Positions 37,403 to 51,000 are shown, counted from the whole stretch's first letter. The stretch: DNA of 63,539 nt, filler included, from Phoronis australis (GCA_002633005.1; 11 parts of 11 records of this genome joined end to end with filler, not necessarily neighbours in it); one strand, 5' to 3'. Notes: a model not told the origin generated them from the letters alone. Numbers and translations are program-made.

Positions 37403-38213
37403 ATGTCAAAATCCAACAAATGTGAGAAACCGAAATCAAAACCACATAAACTGTCAAAGACAAGGTCTGGTCGGATTAACTCTAAAAAGTCGAAATCAAA
37501 ATCATTTGAGGGTGGAAAGAAAATCCGAAAAAGTAGATGCGATGCAAGGTATGGAAATCGACAGGTGCAAAGTTGGCCGAGTGTAAGTAAGAAGAGACAG
37601 TACGAGAAAAGTAAGAATAGGACATCTAAAGGTGGTAATCGGAGTTATAGTGCTAGAAGTTTGAAATCGAAAATGAGAAACAAAGGGAACAGTGGAAAAG
37701 GCAGATTTGATAAACCCAAAACAAAAATTTCTGATGAAAAAACATTTCAATTGGCCACACAAAAGGCAGGTAAAGATAAAAGGATAAAAGTAAATGCAGC
37801 AGCCAGAAAAGGCGCATTGGATAATCAGAAAATTAAAAAGGCCAGAATTCCGATAAGTAAAACAGTAGAAGTAAGGAGAAACAAGTATGATGCGAAAGAA
37901 GCTAATGCACGTACAGACAAAGCAGTGGCTCAAAACACAGGTTTAGAAACTGGTCGAGAGGAGCTCAACGAAATGCTGAAGGAAAAGGCAGAGTTGGTCG
38001 CAGGTGCAGCTACCGCTGGTTTAGAAAAACGCGTGGCGATGCTGGAAAACCAGATAAAGACTTTGGTGGAAAGATCATATATGAGGCCACCGTCAACTTC
38101 AAAGCTATTTGGCACTGGCTTCAGTACAATTGATTCACCTGTTTGTGCTTGTCAATCTTATCGATCGAAAAGCAATGTTCAAACAGATCAGAGTGCGTTT
38201 TTTGGTAAACTAG
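37403..38213 (+). CDS. Lys/Arg/Ser-rich basic protein A, large exon
   Basis: 290-codon ORF with a K/R/S-rich N-terminal half, coiled-coil-like ELNEMLKEK...LEKRVAMLENQIKTL, and a strong phase-1 donor CTAG/gtgagt at 38214. Confidence 0.7.
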
Positions 38214-38914
38214 GTGAGTACAAAAATAGATTAAGGTTGACGTTAGAAATAAAAACAACTGTGCCGTTGGTATAAAGGTGTATAAAACAATTACCATGTG
38301 TATTGATAAGGCAGTTCAAAACATGTGGCTATCGTCGATAGCATGAAAATGGTGGAGTGACAAGCGAACAGCAAAATGTCGAATATTCGATTGAATAATT
38401 TTTTTCGAAGCGCTTGATTTTTGTGCAGCAATATTTGCTGTGTTAATTTTGGAGATAAATGTGTTCACGCGATCTCAGTTTCGACTTGTGCAGGCTAATA
38501 TGTGATGTGCAATTTGAGTGTGATATGTATGACTTAATTCTACACTTTCACGGTGCGGACTTCCAACCCTGTTTAAGGATAGCCAATTCTCAGCACTTAA
38601 ACATGGCTGAAGGTCCACAAGAGGCTCTTCACCACTTGGTGAAATGGACATAAACCAAATTATGGAAGGAAAACTCTCGTTCAGTGTGTTAGTACTAACT
38701 AACCAAATCAAATTCCCTTGCCACGTTTAGAAAACCGAAAACGGTTTTACCGGTTATATTTTGCATCTTTTCACCTTCCTCTAACAACAACGAATCAAAT
38801 CATCTGCCATCTTCTATCCTCAGTTTTTTTACACAAGGGCAACGCAGAGCGTCGATATGCACGCACGAATGCATTGCAAATGATGTGCTTATAAGGTTAT
38901 TTATTTGTATTATA

Positions 38915-40350
38915 AAAATGGCCACTAGATAGCGCAAAATCATACAATCCATCTAAAAACAGGAACATGCCATATTTCATAAAAATCTGTCAATGAACTT
39001 CAGAGAAACAAAGGAAAACAGAATAAAATGAAATTGCCACTAGTCCGTTGGATCCGCCTGAAAGTCGTCGTCGTCTGTTGTTATCTTCATATAAATACAC
39101 TTACTAAATTAAGTAAAGATCTTGCAGTGGATTTAGGAGATACAACTATGGGCGCAAAACAAAACTACCACTAGGAGGCGCCACAGTAGTCAGTCACCAT
39201 CATCAAAGGTCGTTTCACACCGAGAACATGTATGCCAATTTTCAAATGATTTGGTTGATACAGGGGTGGACGCCAAAAACAAGAATTTGAAAACAGCAAA
39301 AATGGCCGCTAATTGGTGCAAAATACCACGATTCCATCCAAAAACAGGAAGATAGCATCATCACACCATTAGATGCCTATATTTAATTTTTTATGGAAAT
39401 CTGTGGAGGACCTTTGAAGATGCTGATGTAGCGTAAATACTAAAATTGTCACTAGGGGGCACAGCAGTAGTAAAATCTGTCCGAAAGTCGTAGTCATCCG
39501 TAGTCAACATCATATAAATACACTTGCTAAATTAAGTAAAGATTCTACTAACGGTTTAGGAGATACAGCCATAGGCGCAACAAAACTGCCACTAGGAGGC
39601 GCCGCAGTAGTCGAAATCGTCGGAAATCATCGTGAACCATCCTCTTTACAGTAAGCACATACATGCCAATTTTCACAATCATCCTTTGAGCGGTTTGGTT
39701 GATAGAGGGGTGGACGCAAAAAACAGACTCGAAAACAGTAAAAATGTCCACTGGGTGGCGCATAATACGTCGAATCCATCCGAAAACGGGAGGATAGCAT
39801 CACCTCACTAATAGGTGCCTACACATTAAATTTTATGAAAATCCGTTAAGGACTTTTGAAGATACAAAGGTAAACGTAAAAAATAAAATGGCCAGTAGGG
39901 GGTATATCGGTAGTCGGATCTGTCCTAAAGTGGTCGCTTCTGTTGTTAACGACATATAAATATACTTACTAAATTTCCTAAAGATCCTGCGAACGGTTTA
40001 AGAGATACAGCCATAGGCGCAAAAATTTGTCAATAGGAGGCGCCACAGTAGTCAAAATTGTCGGAAAATCATCGTCGACCGTCCTCTTCATAGTAAGCAC
40101 ATACATGCCAATTTTCACAATCATCCTTTGAGCGGTTTGGTTGATAGAGGGGTGGACGTAAAAAAAGACTCGAAAACAGTAAAAGCGGCCACTAGGTGGC
40201 GCAAACTACGTCGAATCCATCCCGAAACGAAAGGATAGCCTCATCTCACTAATAGGTGCCTACAGGTCAAATTTCATGAAAATGCGTTCAGGACTTTTGA
40301 AGATACAAAGGTAGGCGTAAAAAACTAAAATTGCCACTAGGAGGCACACC
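38915..40350. repeat. Complex tandem repeat (about 440-bp unit built of about 145-bp subunits), interspersed family
   Basis: Recurring CCACTAG-GGCGC, AATCCATCC-AAAAC-GGA and AAATTT motifs at about 38918, 39302, 39744, 40186; related sequence at 2656-2770 and 7560-7800. Confidence 0.8.
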
Positions 40351-40588
40351 GGTAGGCGCATAATAATGACGTCATGTAGTTACCCGAATGCCAGCCAATG
40401 AGCCCACTAAAGGATTTAGTTCATGAGTTCACCGGTAGGTTAAAAATTGCAAGACCGCCAACTCTGTATACTTTCAATGGACGAAATCTGTGCTGTTTTG
40501 CAAAAGCCGTTACGTCATTATTTAATAGCGTCGCCCGCCTGGCCAAGTTATCTGGTGTTATTTCCGGCAAGTACGTCGTCTGCTAATC

Positions 40589-40726
40589 GTGGTGGGTTGC
40601 TGTGTGGCCGGGTATTCGATCACAAAGGCGAAATGCAAAGGCGTTAGCTTCCATAGCGTACGGGGACCCTGTAATCGGCTGTGGGAGAAAAACCTTATGA
40701 CTTGTATAAACCTTAATGAAAATAAG

Positions 40727-40798
<72 letters not shown>

Positions 40799-40822
40799 AG
40801 ACGTTTTGATGATGGATGTTTT
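40589..40822 (+). pseudogene. THAP-like zinc-finger remnant
   Basis: VVGCCVAGYS...GVSFHSVRGPCNRLWEKNL...RRFDDGCF follows the THAP pattern C..C, SFH.FP, W, HF...CF in degraded form; split by (TA)n. Confidence 0.5.
40731..40796. repeat. (TA)33 microsatellite
   Basis: Perfect TA dinucleotide run. Confidence 0.98.
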
Positions 40823-41755
40823 TTGAGAACTTCTATTCTTCTCATATCCATTGTTCTTTATTCCTTTTTATGAACACTACCTGGTAATTTTTTTGATTAA
40901 AATTGTCCACTTAATTCTTTCACGAACTCGTGTCTTTACGAGGAACTTCAGCCATAATCTATTGTGCGAATCAACCAAATTAGTCATCTTCGCTGGCCCT
41001 AATCAGGCGGTTACTATCTCAGCAGAATGCGCACATTTGTCGGGATTTGGATCACCGATTTAGCTGATTTATAAATCCGTGTACATACAACTTGAATGCT
41101 GGTAAAACCTTTAACATAAATAAAGATCACATTAATACTCAACTGGCCTACTCCAAATCTATCTCGCAATTCAACAGCAGATTGCACACTCATTTCATGC
41201 CGAATGTATGCCGCACAAAATCTCTAGACCATCTTAGCCAAGTACAATACATTGCAGTCTGCGAAAATACAACCAACTAACCCGAGTTTCAACTTCTTTG
41301 CAAACATGGAACAGGAACACCAGAAGGGTGCGAAGGTTGTTTCTATTCTTCAATATTAAATTTTTGTAACAGGACAAATGAATTTCTGCCCTAATTCCTA
41401 ATATTTCCAAACTTAAGCCTTTCAAACGAACGTTTATGACAAAAACAAAATTCTTCAACCGGTTTTGTAAAGTCCTATACCACATCTAGGCTACATAATG
41501 AACCAATCCTACTCCTAATGTAACAAAAGGGTGCCGTGCGTAAAGCATACTAAGCATTGTCATGAAATATCACGTGAAATGTTAAATCAGATCAAGCGGT
41601 TTGGAAGTCCAGACTTTTACTTTTTATGAACTTCAGTTTCACTGCACGTAATCTTTTATGGATTTACCGTAGTTGGCTGCAGACTGCACCATTTTTACAA
41701 AAAATCGTAACATAGAGAAACGTCCACACAAATTATACCCTATGGCCTCCCGGAG

Positions 41756-41860
41756 GAGGCAGTGTAGCCTAGTGTGATAGGTGCCTGCTTTCTTTAATCG
41801 AGGTCGTGGGTTCAAGTCCCACTGGGTCACACTGCTAAACCCATGGGTCAGGTTTCAAGC
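41756..41860 (+). mobile_element. tRNA-derived SINE head
   Basis: A-box-like GTAGCCTAGTGTG and B-box GGTTCAAGTCCC at tRNA spacing; no intact acceptor stem. Confidence 0.6.
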
Positions 41861-42089
41861 TCATCAGCTCGGTTTTAACTATACATGAATAAAGCGTAAA
41901 AATGGTTCCTTGTGATCAGTGCAATGGGCCCACATGCGCTGCCTGCGCACGTCTGGTACAACGTGTATCAGACCGCAGCTCCTGATTTAAGGGTCTCGTT
42001 TTTTAAGTTTGGTATCAGTTTGAATGTAATTAAACTCTGATTATGCAAAACAACATTGTTTATAATCGTGGTTGCCGGTTTCTATCTCT

Positions 42090-42690
42090 GGCCTATTGCG
42101 AAATCTGGCATTTACCGATGGTGATTTACCGCGACTAAACAATGGGGTCAGTAATCGGAAATGTCCCCCAAAAACCGAGTGTTCGTTGTGCTTCAGCAAA
42201 CACGAGATACGCCGGTTCTTGCAATTAAATTCTAGGTTAAGGGTTAAAAAGAGCTATGAGAAGAAATAAATTACACTTAAGTGGAAGGTTAATTTTAATA
42301 ACCGGCTGCAATTATTGAAATTGGGGACAAATTTCTTGACTTTGACATAGGGGGTGCTTGCTCAAACTCAAATTTTGTCTTCGACACGCGTACAAGTTAA
42401 AGCACAACTGAAATCTGCCATGTTAACTATTTTAGGTCCTTGAATTCAGAGCTTCGGGTTTGTTTTGAAAATTTCGTATCCAGTTCACCACTTACAAGGA
42501 TAATTTAATGAAATCAAGGAAAAATAAGGCTTCTGAGGTTTATGCATACCAGTATGAGAAAGATGCACGGAGATTTTGTTTGGATTTTGGGACAGTTGAA
42601 GTTGAAAGCCTCGGCTCGGCAAATTTTTAGTGTCCAACCTTTATGTTTCTTATATACATGTATGGTTATGAGTCATCCGGAAGTTCGAGC
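42090..42690 (+). repeat. About 600-bp interspersed repeat, copy 1
   Basis: Colinear with 55320-55938 (shared blocks AAATTTCTTGACTTT, AAGTTAAAGCACAACTG, GGGACAGTTGAAGTTG, GGAAGTTCGAG). Confidence 0.85.
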
Positions 42691-44029
42691 GCCTGTGCTC
42701 CAGCGTTTCAAACAACTGTTTATTGACATCGGGAAATTCGACGCCTGTATGTTACTATTGTAGCTCAGGGACAACATGTCCAGAAATTCCATACGCAAGA
42801 CAAAGTGTGCAATAGACCAGGATTCCTATGAAGGATTCTGAGATAGTTTTGCCTCAGATTGATTGCTAAAGGGAGTGGCATGGCTTGCTGACCCAACTAC
42901 GCTCCAAAGCCCTTCATCGAGAACACTAGTTGTCAATGCAAAAGATTCTGTTATCACGTAAAATGTTTTGCAGAACAAAGAACGTGTCTTGCACATATCA
43001 TTTTAGTGCAACAGTGTGAAGCTCATAAAAATGTATAGCTTTGATACTATCCACAAAAGTCCGCTAACATTGTACTAAAGAAACCGACTACATTCTCTGC
43101 ACATCCTTTGAGGTCCATAAGATTAGAAGAACGCCGCTTAATGTGAATGGCTCGTGTCTGATAATATTAGTACAAACCATTGTTCGTCATTATCCACCTT
43201 AGGCTTGCAGCAAAGATGTAGCAGTTTTATCAGTACTTATGTATTAGGTGTGGTTTTTATCCACCTTTCACTTTGTTTTATGGTCCCAAGAAGGCAATTA
43301 GGTTCACAAGCAATGTCTTTTAATGTTAGTCTCCCAAATATACTGTACCAGCAGTACTTGTAAGTTTAGTAAAAAACAAGCATCAAAACTTGGATAAAAG
43401 TGGAAAACTGATCTTGGTATTTATGCATCTTTTGATTGGTGGAGAAAGGCGTGTAGTGCACTAGATTGATACAGTTGAACATTAGGGTCATACATTGGTT
43501 AACACAAACAAACTTATATTTACATAACATTTCTAGTTAAAGATACAGATCTGTGTTCATTTTATAAAAACGTGCCAGAGGTAATTACCCAATCTGTTTT
43601 GGAACTGTGATTTAACAAGATGTTTTTGGATTTCAATTGATGATTGGATCATAAACAAAACCTGAAGCTCGTTAGAGCGTTCGAAGTTAGATATATTTTG
43701 GGGAAGTTCGAAGGACAAAACGTAATTAATCTAACTCTTTTTCTGGGAAAATTTCACATTTATCGCCATTGTCTTGAAAACAGGACTCCCAATTTGACAT
43801 ACTTTTAAAGGGAAGTCTTTGATTCTAAAATTCGAATATTCTAATAACAGGTGTACCCCTATGGTATTATCGTTTTCAGACAGTTTATTTTTGAGTTCTA
43901 AATGACCCGCACCACAAGGGTGCATGTGGGTGTGTATGTGGGTTTGAATGTTTTCTCTTCACTTTCACATGTTTGTGAAAAATATTATGTTTAATTAAAA
44001 AGGATGTACCATTAAACTAAACTTTTCAG

Positions 44030-44355
44030 AGGCATCCAGAGGTAACATGAGCTACACAACGAGAACTCCGGAGAAAATACGGACAAGTTTTGGGGATAAC
44101 CAATCAGACAAGCACTCCGATATGTGTGACACTTCTAAGGTTCCATCAACGTCCGAAAGTGTCATTAACTGTGGGCCAAAGGCGAATTTGGTGTCAGATT
44201 GTTTGAAGCGCTCTGTGTATGTTGCAGTCATGAGCCAACTACCTTGGAAAGTCGTGCAAGACGTGGGAAGATGGAGCGTGTCCTCCAACTGCTCTTTGAA
44301 GTCTGTGTTACACACGATAGATCACGCCACCATCAATGAATTGTTTCAGTCATAA
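44030..44355 (+). CDS. Probable terminal exon of basic protein A
   Basis: ctaaacttttcag acceptor; a phase-1 join to 38213 keeps the frame open (EASRGNMSY...LFQS*, 378 aa total); C-terminus aligns with the end of ORF 46085-48010. Confidence 0.55.
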
Positions 44356-44529
44356 TACTGTACAAGTATTGTAGACTGTCTACTGGCTACAAAACCGTTA
44401 TAACACTACGGTCAGTTCGTGGAGAATAAACATCCTTCAAAACTTCACTAAAAAGTATGCTTTCGAGTGACATTAAAAAGAGTAAAAAATTCTCAGCTTG
44501 CGTAGGTCTCAAAACATTCTAGTATCAAG

Positions 44530-44877
44530 CAATCGGAGATGTTTCACGGCCTCCTACTTGGTATTAACGGCGTATTTTTCATTTTTTATTGAAGCGAGCG
44601 ACTTCCGAAGCATTATGGGCTCTCGAGGAAATCGAAAAAAAAACGAAATACCCGCTTTCCTCGCGGCTTCATAATTCGCACTAGCGGGAACGATACGCCA
44701 CACCATAGGGGCACCCACTCTACAGAAGAACCGTTGACGTCGCTGCGTCGTTTCTCACCTTCCTCACAAGTTAACGCGACACCTCTCGGCGAGGTAAGAT
44801 CTCCCATATACGAGGTGATGTGAATATAGACGTATTAAAAAAGACTAATTTAAAAATCGGGTGGCATTCTCCTTTAA
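44530..44877 (-). mobile_element. TTAA-associated element end, copy 2
   Basis: Reverse complement of 4178-4520; ends GGGTGGCATTCTCCT-TTAA. Confidence 0.6.
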
Positions 44878-46084
44878 AGATTGGGTTTCGAAAATACATG
44901 TAAGGTCTACCAATATCAAGGGACTATGAGTTTGGGAAAGAGATTGTAGTCAGTAAACCTGATATTTGTTATCGACTCGAAGTCTCGAATCTAAGGGCCA
45001 TTTTTGTGAACTTAGCCAGATACACCCAGCTTTATAACTTGTGTAACGGTAACTTACGTATACTTTCAATATGTAATGCTACGTAAATGTGTATAGTTCA
45101 CGAGCTTCCGTTCTTTTAGTCAGCCGGGACGGGTGCACCAAACTCAGAGGGTCAACAGGCATTCGTCTTGGCTGTTACAGTCGTTTAGGTGAAAAACAAT
45201 CTAGTAAACGTCATCGTCTCGAAAATGTTTTGGTTTTGTAACAAAGAAGTCTGGCATATACTTGGAAACGAGTGGGAATTGATAAAAATACCTTACCGAA
45301 ACCGAAATTTACTCTAAATACTGAAAAATTAAAACCGATTTTAATAATTTGAGGTGATATGTAGTACGCTACCTTTTGGAAGAAAACCAGCTGATCGAAA
45401 AACCGGCAAAAAAGAAACTGGTCAATAGATATAAGTGCGCTGGATGCCGACGTATCTTATCGTTCCACCAATTTAGAAGCCAAATGGTACGGCACTCTTC
45501 ACTAATTAACTGTAATCATGGAAAAGTGAAGTTTTAGTTTTTAATGACAAAAAAAATGCGTCAGATGAGCAGGACTCTACCCACATCGATGCAAAGCCGT
45601 ATAATTATACAACTTCTCATCACGGCTACATTTCCTTAAATACACGTACATCTTTATTTTTATTGGCAAGTGGGTAAACATTAAGTATCATACGCTTTGT
45701 ATTTATGAATACAAATATTTTTCTTTTTACAAGCAACCAGATGGTTAAGCATATTACCGCGGTCTAATGCTAGTTTCAGGTAATCTTGTTGAGGCCGAAA
45801 TTAGGAAGGAGACTCTTTAAAATGGGAACCTTAGGAAAACTAGGAAATAAACTCAAAATGAGCTTCTCGCAATATGCAATGCATGATATACAACATCAGA
45901 GCGTGTGCAATTCGATAGCATCTCTTCGCGGATGAGATGAGCTACAGGCGCAGTTGTTGCAATTATACATGTACGGGTACAGTGAATACGATAACATAAT
46001 AACCGTTATGCGTGAGTTTGTGTAACTTGGAATGCTTAGTGACCCATTGTCTGTAACCGTCGCATGTGTATTGGGTGACCTAAG

Positions 46085-48010
46085 ATGCGACTTTACAACT
46101 TCACTGCAACGTTGAGCAAGGCGAACGCTCATACTGCAGGAGCATACAACAAATCTGCATACCAACCAGCCGTGAGCTTGTGGCCAAATCTGTCGCAGAA
46201 TAACAATTCAAAACAAGTAAAGAACCGTTCCAATACAGCAATAAAGAAATGCAGAGCGAAGGCAAAAACGCCGTTAAAGAGAACCTTCACGGACCAACAG
46301 AAGAAGTTCCTCAAAGCTTACGCAAAACAAGAACATCGCAAGAGAAAGTTACAGAAAAAGGCGGCAAGTAAAAGTAAAAACAACAAAAGTGAACCCAAAC
46401 GATCAAGGAGTGACAACAAAATTAATACGACAAAGAAACATAAACCCAAGGAAAATAAACCCATTAGAAACAGTGCACGAGCATCAAAACAAAGTGGCAG
46501 AAGTAGACGCATTAAACGTTCAGACCAGACAAGGGCAAGACATGGCAAAACTGTGGAGCGCAAAAGCAAGAAAGGCAGAGGACAAACTGCAGGCACGCAG
46601 AAACAATACAGATCATTAAAACACAGCGCACGTATCAACGGAATTGACGACAATAGACGTAATGACCTGAAACCCAGACAGGGTAGCGATAACAAAATTA
46701 CTACACAACAATCCAAAACAAGAATACCTAGAACACATACCACTAAAAGCATCGGTTCAACAAACAAACGACGACAAGTAAAAACTGACAATAGAACCCG
46801 AAGCAGTCAGTTGGAAAAGTATGCGCACAAGAATATGTCCTCAAAATCAGACTCAAAGAATTGTTCGTCTTTAAAGTCTGATTTAGCTATTGCAAGAAGC
46901 AGTAAAAGAAATTTAAGAAAAGAAATTGATCATCCTCGTAGCGATAGTCACATCTCTGTTACTAAATCCAAAAGTCTTAGGGGGGACGTCGACAACAAAG
47001 GTGGTCAAAATACAAAGTCTAACACAAAATCACAGAATACAATCAACACTAATGGAGAAAGGCTGGAGAAAATTACACAGTCTTATGGCAATTTCAGCGT
47101 CAAAATGAATGACAGTAAACAACGCAATGCCTCTTCAACGATGAAGGAAGGTCGTGCTCTCTATCAAATGGGTGATGACAACCAGCGTTCTGAAAAGGAA
47201 CAAACAAAACAGCTAAATAGCTTAAGTAAACTTGGACAGACCAACAGCACGTTGTCGAGGAATTCTGTGACTTTAGAGCAAACACCAAGTGCGGTAAAGC
47301 GTAACTTGAATAAGCGTCACAACAGTAACGAGCCAGGCGGCCCGCAAAGGGACATAACTGGTAAGGCATGGAGAGGAAGAATGAGCGATGAGTTAAATGA
47401 CGAGGTGTTACCGAATCAATCCCAAATGTTGGCGAAGAACATAACTTCATACCCCCAGGGGAGCAATAGTCATTGTCCTATAGTCACCATGGTTGCCGAT
47501 AAAAAGGTACAGCAAACGTTAGCAAAGCCGGCCAGTCATTTCGTACCAGGTTATGGACAGGTGACTAAGTTTTGCCTGTTTAAAAATCCACGACAGCCCA
47601 TACATAAAGTGTTACACCAAATTTCGCCAAACCATTCGCAACATCGAGTTCCCATGAAACCAATGAGGTTTTTCAACAGTGGTGATTGTTTTTTGGATCA
47701 TCATTCTAATGGAGGTATTAGTCATGATCATTGCGCAATGTCACGCAACGATAGTGCGCCCATTGGATTACGGGAACATCACAATCGTTATACACCGACC
47801 AATGCCGTAACAAATTACGCCTTCGCCTATCCAGATGAGTCGACTCACCTGGGAAGGTTTGGGAATAGTAATTACTTCCACCAGGACGATGATGCTTACC
47901 GTATCGGGTGCGAAATCATTGCTGACCTCTGCAACGAGCACGTAAATGCTGCGTTATTGTGGCTCTCCAGCAATAATTCAGATTTACGCCACGTAATCAA
48001 CAAAACGTGA
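46085..48010 (+). CDS. Lys/Arg/Ser-rich basic protein B (641 aa, uninterrupted ORF)
   Basis: Longest ORF in the window, ATG to TGA with no stops in AT-rich DNA; basic low-complexity N-terminal half, His/Asn/Pro-rich region, short hydrophobic helical C-terminus. Confidence 0.8.
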   Translation: MRLYNFTATLSKANAHTAGAYNKSAYQPAVSLWPNLSQNNNSKQVKNRSNTAIKKCRAKAKTPLKRTFTDQQKKFLKAYAKQEHRKRKLQKKAASKSKNNKSEPKRSRSDNKINTTKKHKPKENKPIRNSARASKQSGRSRRIKRSDQTRARHGKTVERKSKKGRGQTAGTQKQYRSLKHSARINGIDDNRRNDLKPRQGSDNKITTQQSKTRIPRTHTTKSIGSTNKRRQVKTDNRTRSSQLEKYAHKNMSSKSDSKNCSSLKSDLAIARSSKRNLRKEIDHPRSDSHISVTKSKSLRGDVDNKGGQNTKSNTKSQNTINTNGERLEKITQSYGNFSVKMNDSKQRNASSTMKEGRALYQMGDDNQRSEKEQTKQLNSLSKLGQTNSTLSRNSVTLEQTPSAVKRNLNKRHNSNEPGGPQRDITGKAWRGRMSDELNDEVLPNQSQMLAKNITSYPQGSNSHCPIVTMVADKKVQQTLAKPASHFVPGYGQVTKFCLFKNPRQPIHKVLHQISPNHSQHRVPMKPMRFFNSGDCFLDHHSNGGISHDHCAMSRNDSAPIGLREHHNRYTPTNAVTNYAFAYPDESTHLGRFGNSNYFHQDDDAYRIGCEIIADLCNEHVNAALLWLSSNNSDLRHVINKT

Positions 48011-51000
48011 TCGAAGAACAAGTGGAACCTTTGACGGTTTTCTTTTGTTTGATTGAACAAATAACTACTGGTGATGGCCTTGCAGTTATGAGTTTCATAT
48101 ACATATTACAAAATTAGGGACTTTTGTAAATGTCTTATTTCTAGTATAAAACGTCAAGCTTGTCGACAGAATTATGAAAATGCAGTGTATTAAATTACAC
48201 ATGGACGTGTTACTGGCCGAGGTTGTTGCGACGTGAGATTATTTTTACGAGGTCTAATGAAAATGCTCACACGGCAAAGCAACCGAGGTTAAAACCACAC
48301 CCATATAAAACGTTTGCTTTAACATATTTATTCTATATGAAGACCCTCTAACCCCAGTTGTAGACTCTAAGCGCGCAAGACTCAAAACTACAATGAAAAG
48401 TGACCACATACTTGATTACATCAATCGTAGCAGTTGTCGGACAACCGACCTATTGCTTTTCATCGGTACCAGTGTTGCCCAAAGTAACACGGAAGAATCT
48501 TTATCTTGTATCTAAAATTTGGATTTAAATGCACTGGGTTTCGATTACGTACCGTATGTATGCGCGCGTATTTAGACTGATACCCCGACATCCAAACTAA
48601 TTCACTTTTTCTAATTTGTTGTATAATGGAGCATGCACCTTAATATTCAGGTACGAGCCCGTGTAGGGTTGTGCATCTTTTTATGTCCCCATTCTAGAAG
48701 GTGAGGCCCTTTTGGAGTTGCAAATTCCTAGCTCAAAGTGTGAGTGAAATGTTGCCGCTTGCCATAAAAAGCGGCGTTTGGATTACCCTGCTAATGAATA
48801 GTTTAAACAATAATTTACTTATACCGTGAAACCGCCAACAGCTCACGTACTATCAAACAGATGATTAGTTAGAGTTAGTGACTGCGTGAATCGGTTCTAA
48901 GAATTTCATGACCATAATACCTCAGTATAGCTTTTTTGAGGTGTGCACTCAAAGAGATAAAAAAGAGTTAAAGTCATGCGGTTTACGATGAGCGAGCTGT
49001 TCCGCCATCTTGGTGATGGACCAAGTGAGTCAAGATGCCTGTGTACTGTGTAGTATTGAACTGGATTATTAGAAAATCATTCAAGAAAATCATTACATAC
49101 TCGAGCTCAGAATTAAAGAGTCTTAAAAGTTATATGTATCTTTAGTTTCTAATAAAGTGTACAGGAAAACATCAAAAATAAAGTTTGACTTCATGTTCAA
49201 AAATTAGACCAAGAAGCAATGATAGGCGTATAATATTTTGGTCTTTCGAGGTTTAAAATTTGAGGAAAAACAAAATGACATTGCGGAGGAGAATCCGGTC
49301 GCAGAAACAATTGCTCAACTCAATTTGGTCCCTAGAACACCCACTTGTAATGTAAGTCGATGTTTCATTGTCTTATACTTGACTTTGCTTCTTAGTCCGA
49401 TCTGTCTTCTAAGAGTTCAGTCGTGACCCTATTCTCTTCACGGTTTCGTGTTTTCCAGTAACGAAGAAACACAAAAGGTGACTTCAAAATTAATAGCTAT
49501 ACATTTTTACCTTGTGAACACCACTTTGAAGATTTATTAACATAGCCAGGTCATTAGGAAAGGGGCAGGAAGAAAGAGGCGCCCCAAGAATGCTACACCC
49601 AAAAATGTTATATTGGGAAGGTAGATGGGTTGCTTCTGTAGATTTCAAGAGATGGGATAACCGCTTTGTTGCCTGGCACGCTATTCCAGTCTGCAATTGT
49701 CTTACTTGAGGAATTAGAGTCTGACTTCTTTATATGTATAACACAATGGTCGTCAGGTACTTACAGTGTATTAATGCCTGGGTATGCAGCATGTAGGACA
49801 GGGCAGGTAGAGTTTACGTCCATTAACTTTTGTCATATTTATTTTGTGTCGGATTGTTGTCAATATATATGTTCTAGTAACAGAATTGTGTGCCAGTAAA
49901 AGTTGGATCCAATTAAATAGGGGATTAAATTAGAGTTGGTTGAAATCTGAAGTGGAGTGCACGTACCAATACAGTAACTTTGTCCCAAACATTTTACCGT
50001 TTATGTCACGGTGTGTTTTAATGCGTGATGGTGATATTTTGAAATAAATCGACTTTTTAATGTTTGAGATGGTTATCGTATCTCGATATGTTGTTTCTGT
50101 AAGTGGGAACATTTTTGATCTCCTTCTGGATGGCCAATCAGATTGAAGTGTGTGCTTGTTATTGACAGAACAAAATCTGCAATTCCTTACATCATGGTCG
50201 GAATCAAGGGGTGCATTGATTGGTGTAAAAATCGATATTGTGAACCCCTTTTAGATTCGCTTGTATACATGTATTGCAGTGGTTGTGTTGTTTTACAACG
50301 GATAGCACAACGGTTTGAATTTTGAGACAATATTGTTTCAAATTGTACAGACTACTAGTTCACGACCGTAAGACGAATTATGTACATGTTCTAGGACAAG
50401 CAATACCGGAGAGATAAAGAAACGTAGCGTATCACTGAAGTAACGTTTTCTTAATTGAGACAACTCAGCACCCCTACATGCGTTTTATTTGTGAAAAAAA
50501 CGTCTGCATATCGATGTAATTATTATTACGTGACATAACCTGAAGTAGACAATTCCAATCATCATTCGGGAAATTTGGTCCTTGCAAATGCATACATCGA
50601 CCTCCAGCTTCGGTCTGTCCAAGCAGTGCTGTTCGAAATTTCAGTTTAATTCACTAGTCGAGGTCGAGGGAATTTCATCAAATTTAGTTGAGTGGGCACT
50701 TTGGAACCATTTATTGTGTAGACCTACAGGATGAACTAACACTGGCAAAATATAAGCTCCACTACACGCGCAGACTAAAAACTTTAGGAATTGCAGTGAT
50801 TTAATGGCGCGCCGGAGAGCGGTCCCCTGACAGCAGATGGTCCTGTCGGTTTATAAACATTGAAAAATTTGGTTCCATACAATTATAAAGGTTAATGACT
50901 GTATATTCCCACGTAGTATAAAGGAAATGTTTTCCAATTTTTATAAAATGTTTTCATTTCGGTGATTGTCTTTTGTACTGATCCGACAAAACCCCCAGAC

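Noticed and set aside
40558-40873. YIYIYI-repeat proteins
   Set aside because: Translation of a (TA)n microsatellite.
41756-41830. Functional tRNA gene
   Set aside because: Has A/B boxes but no pairing acceptor stem; better explained as a SINE head.
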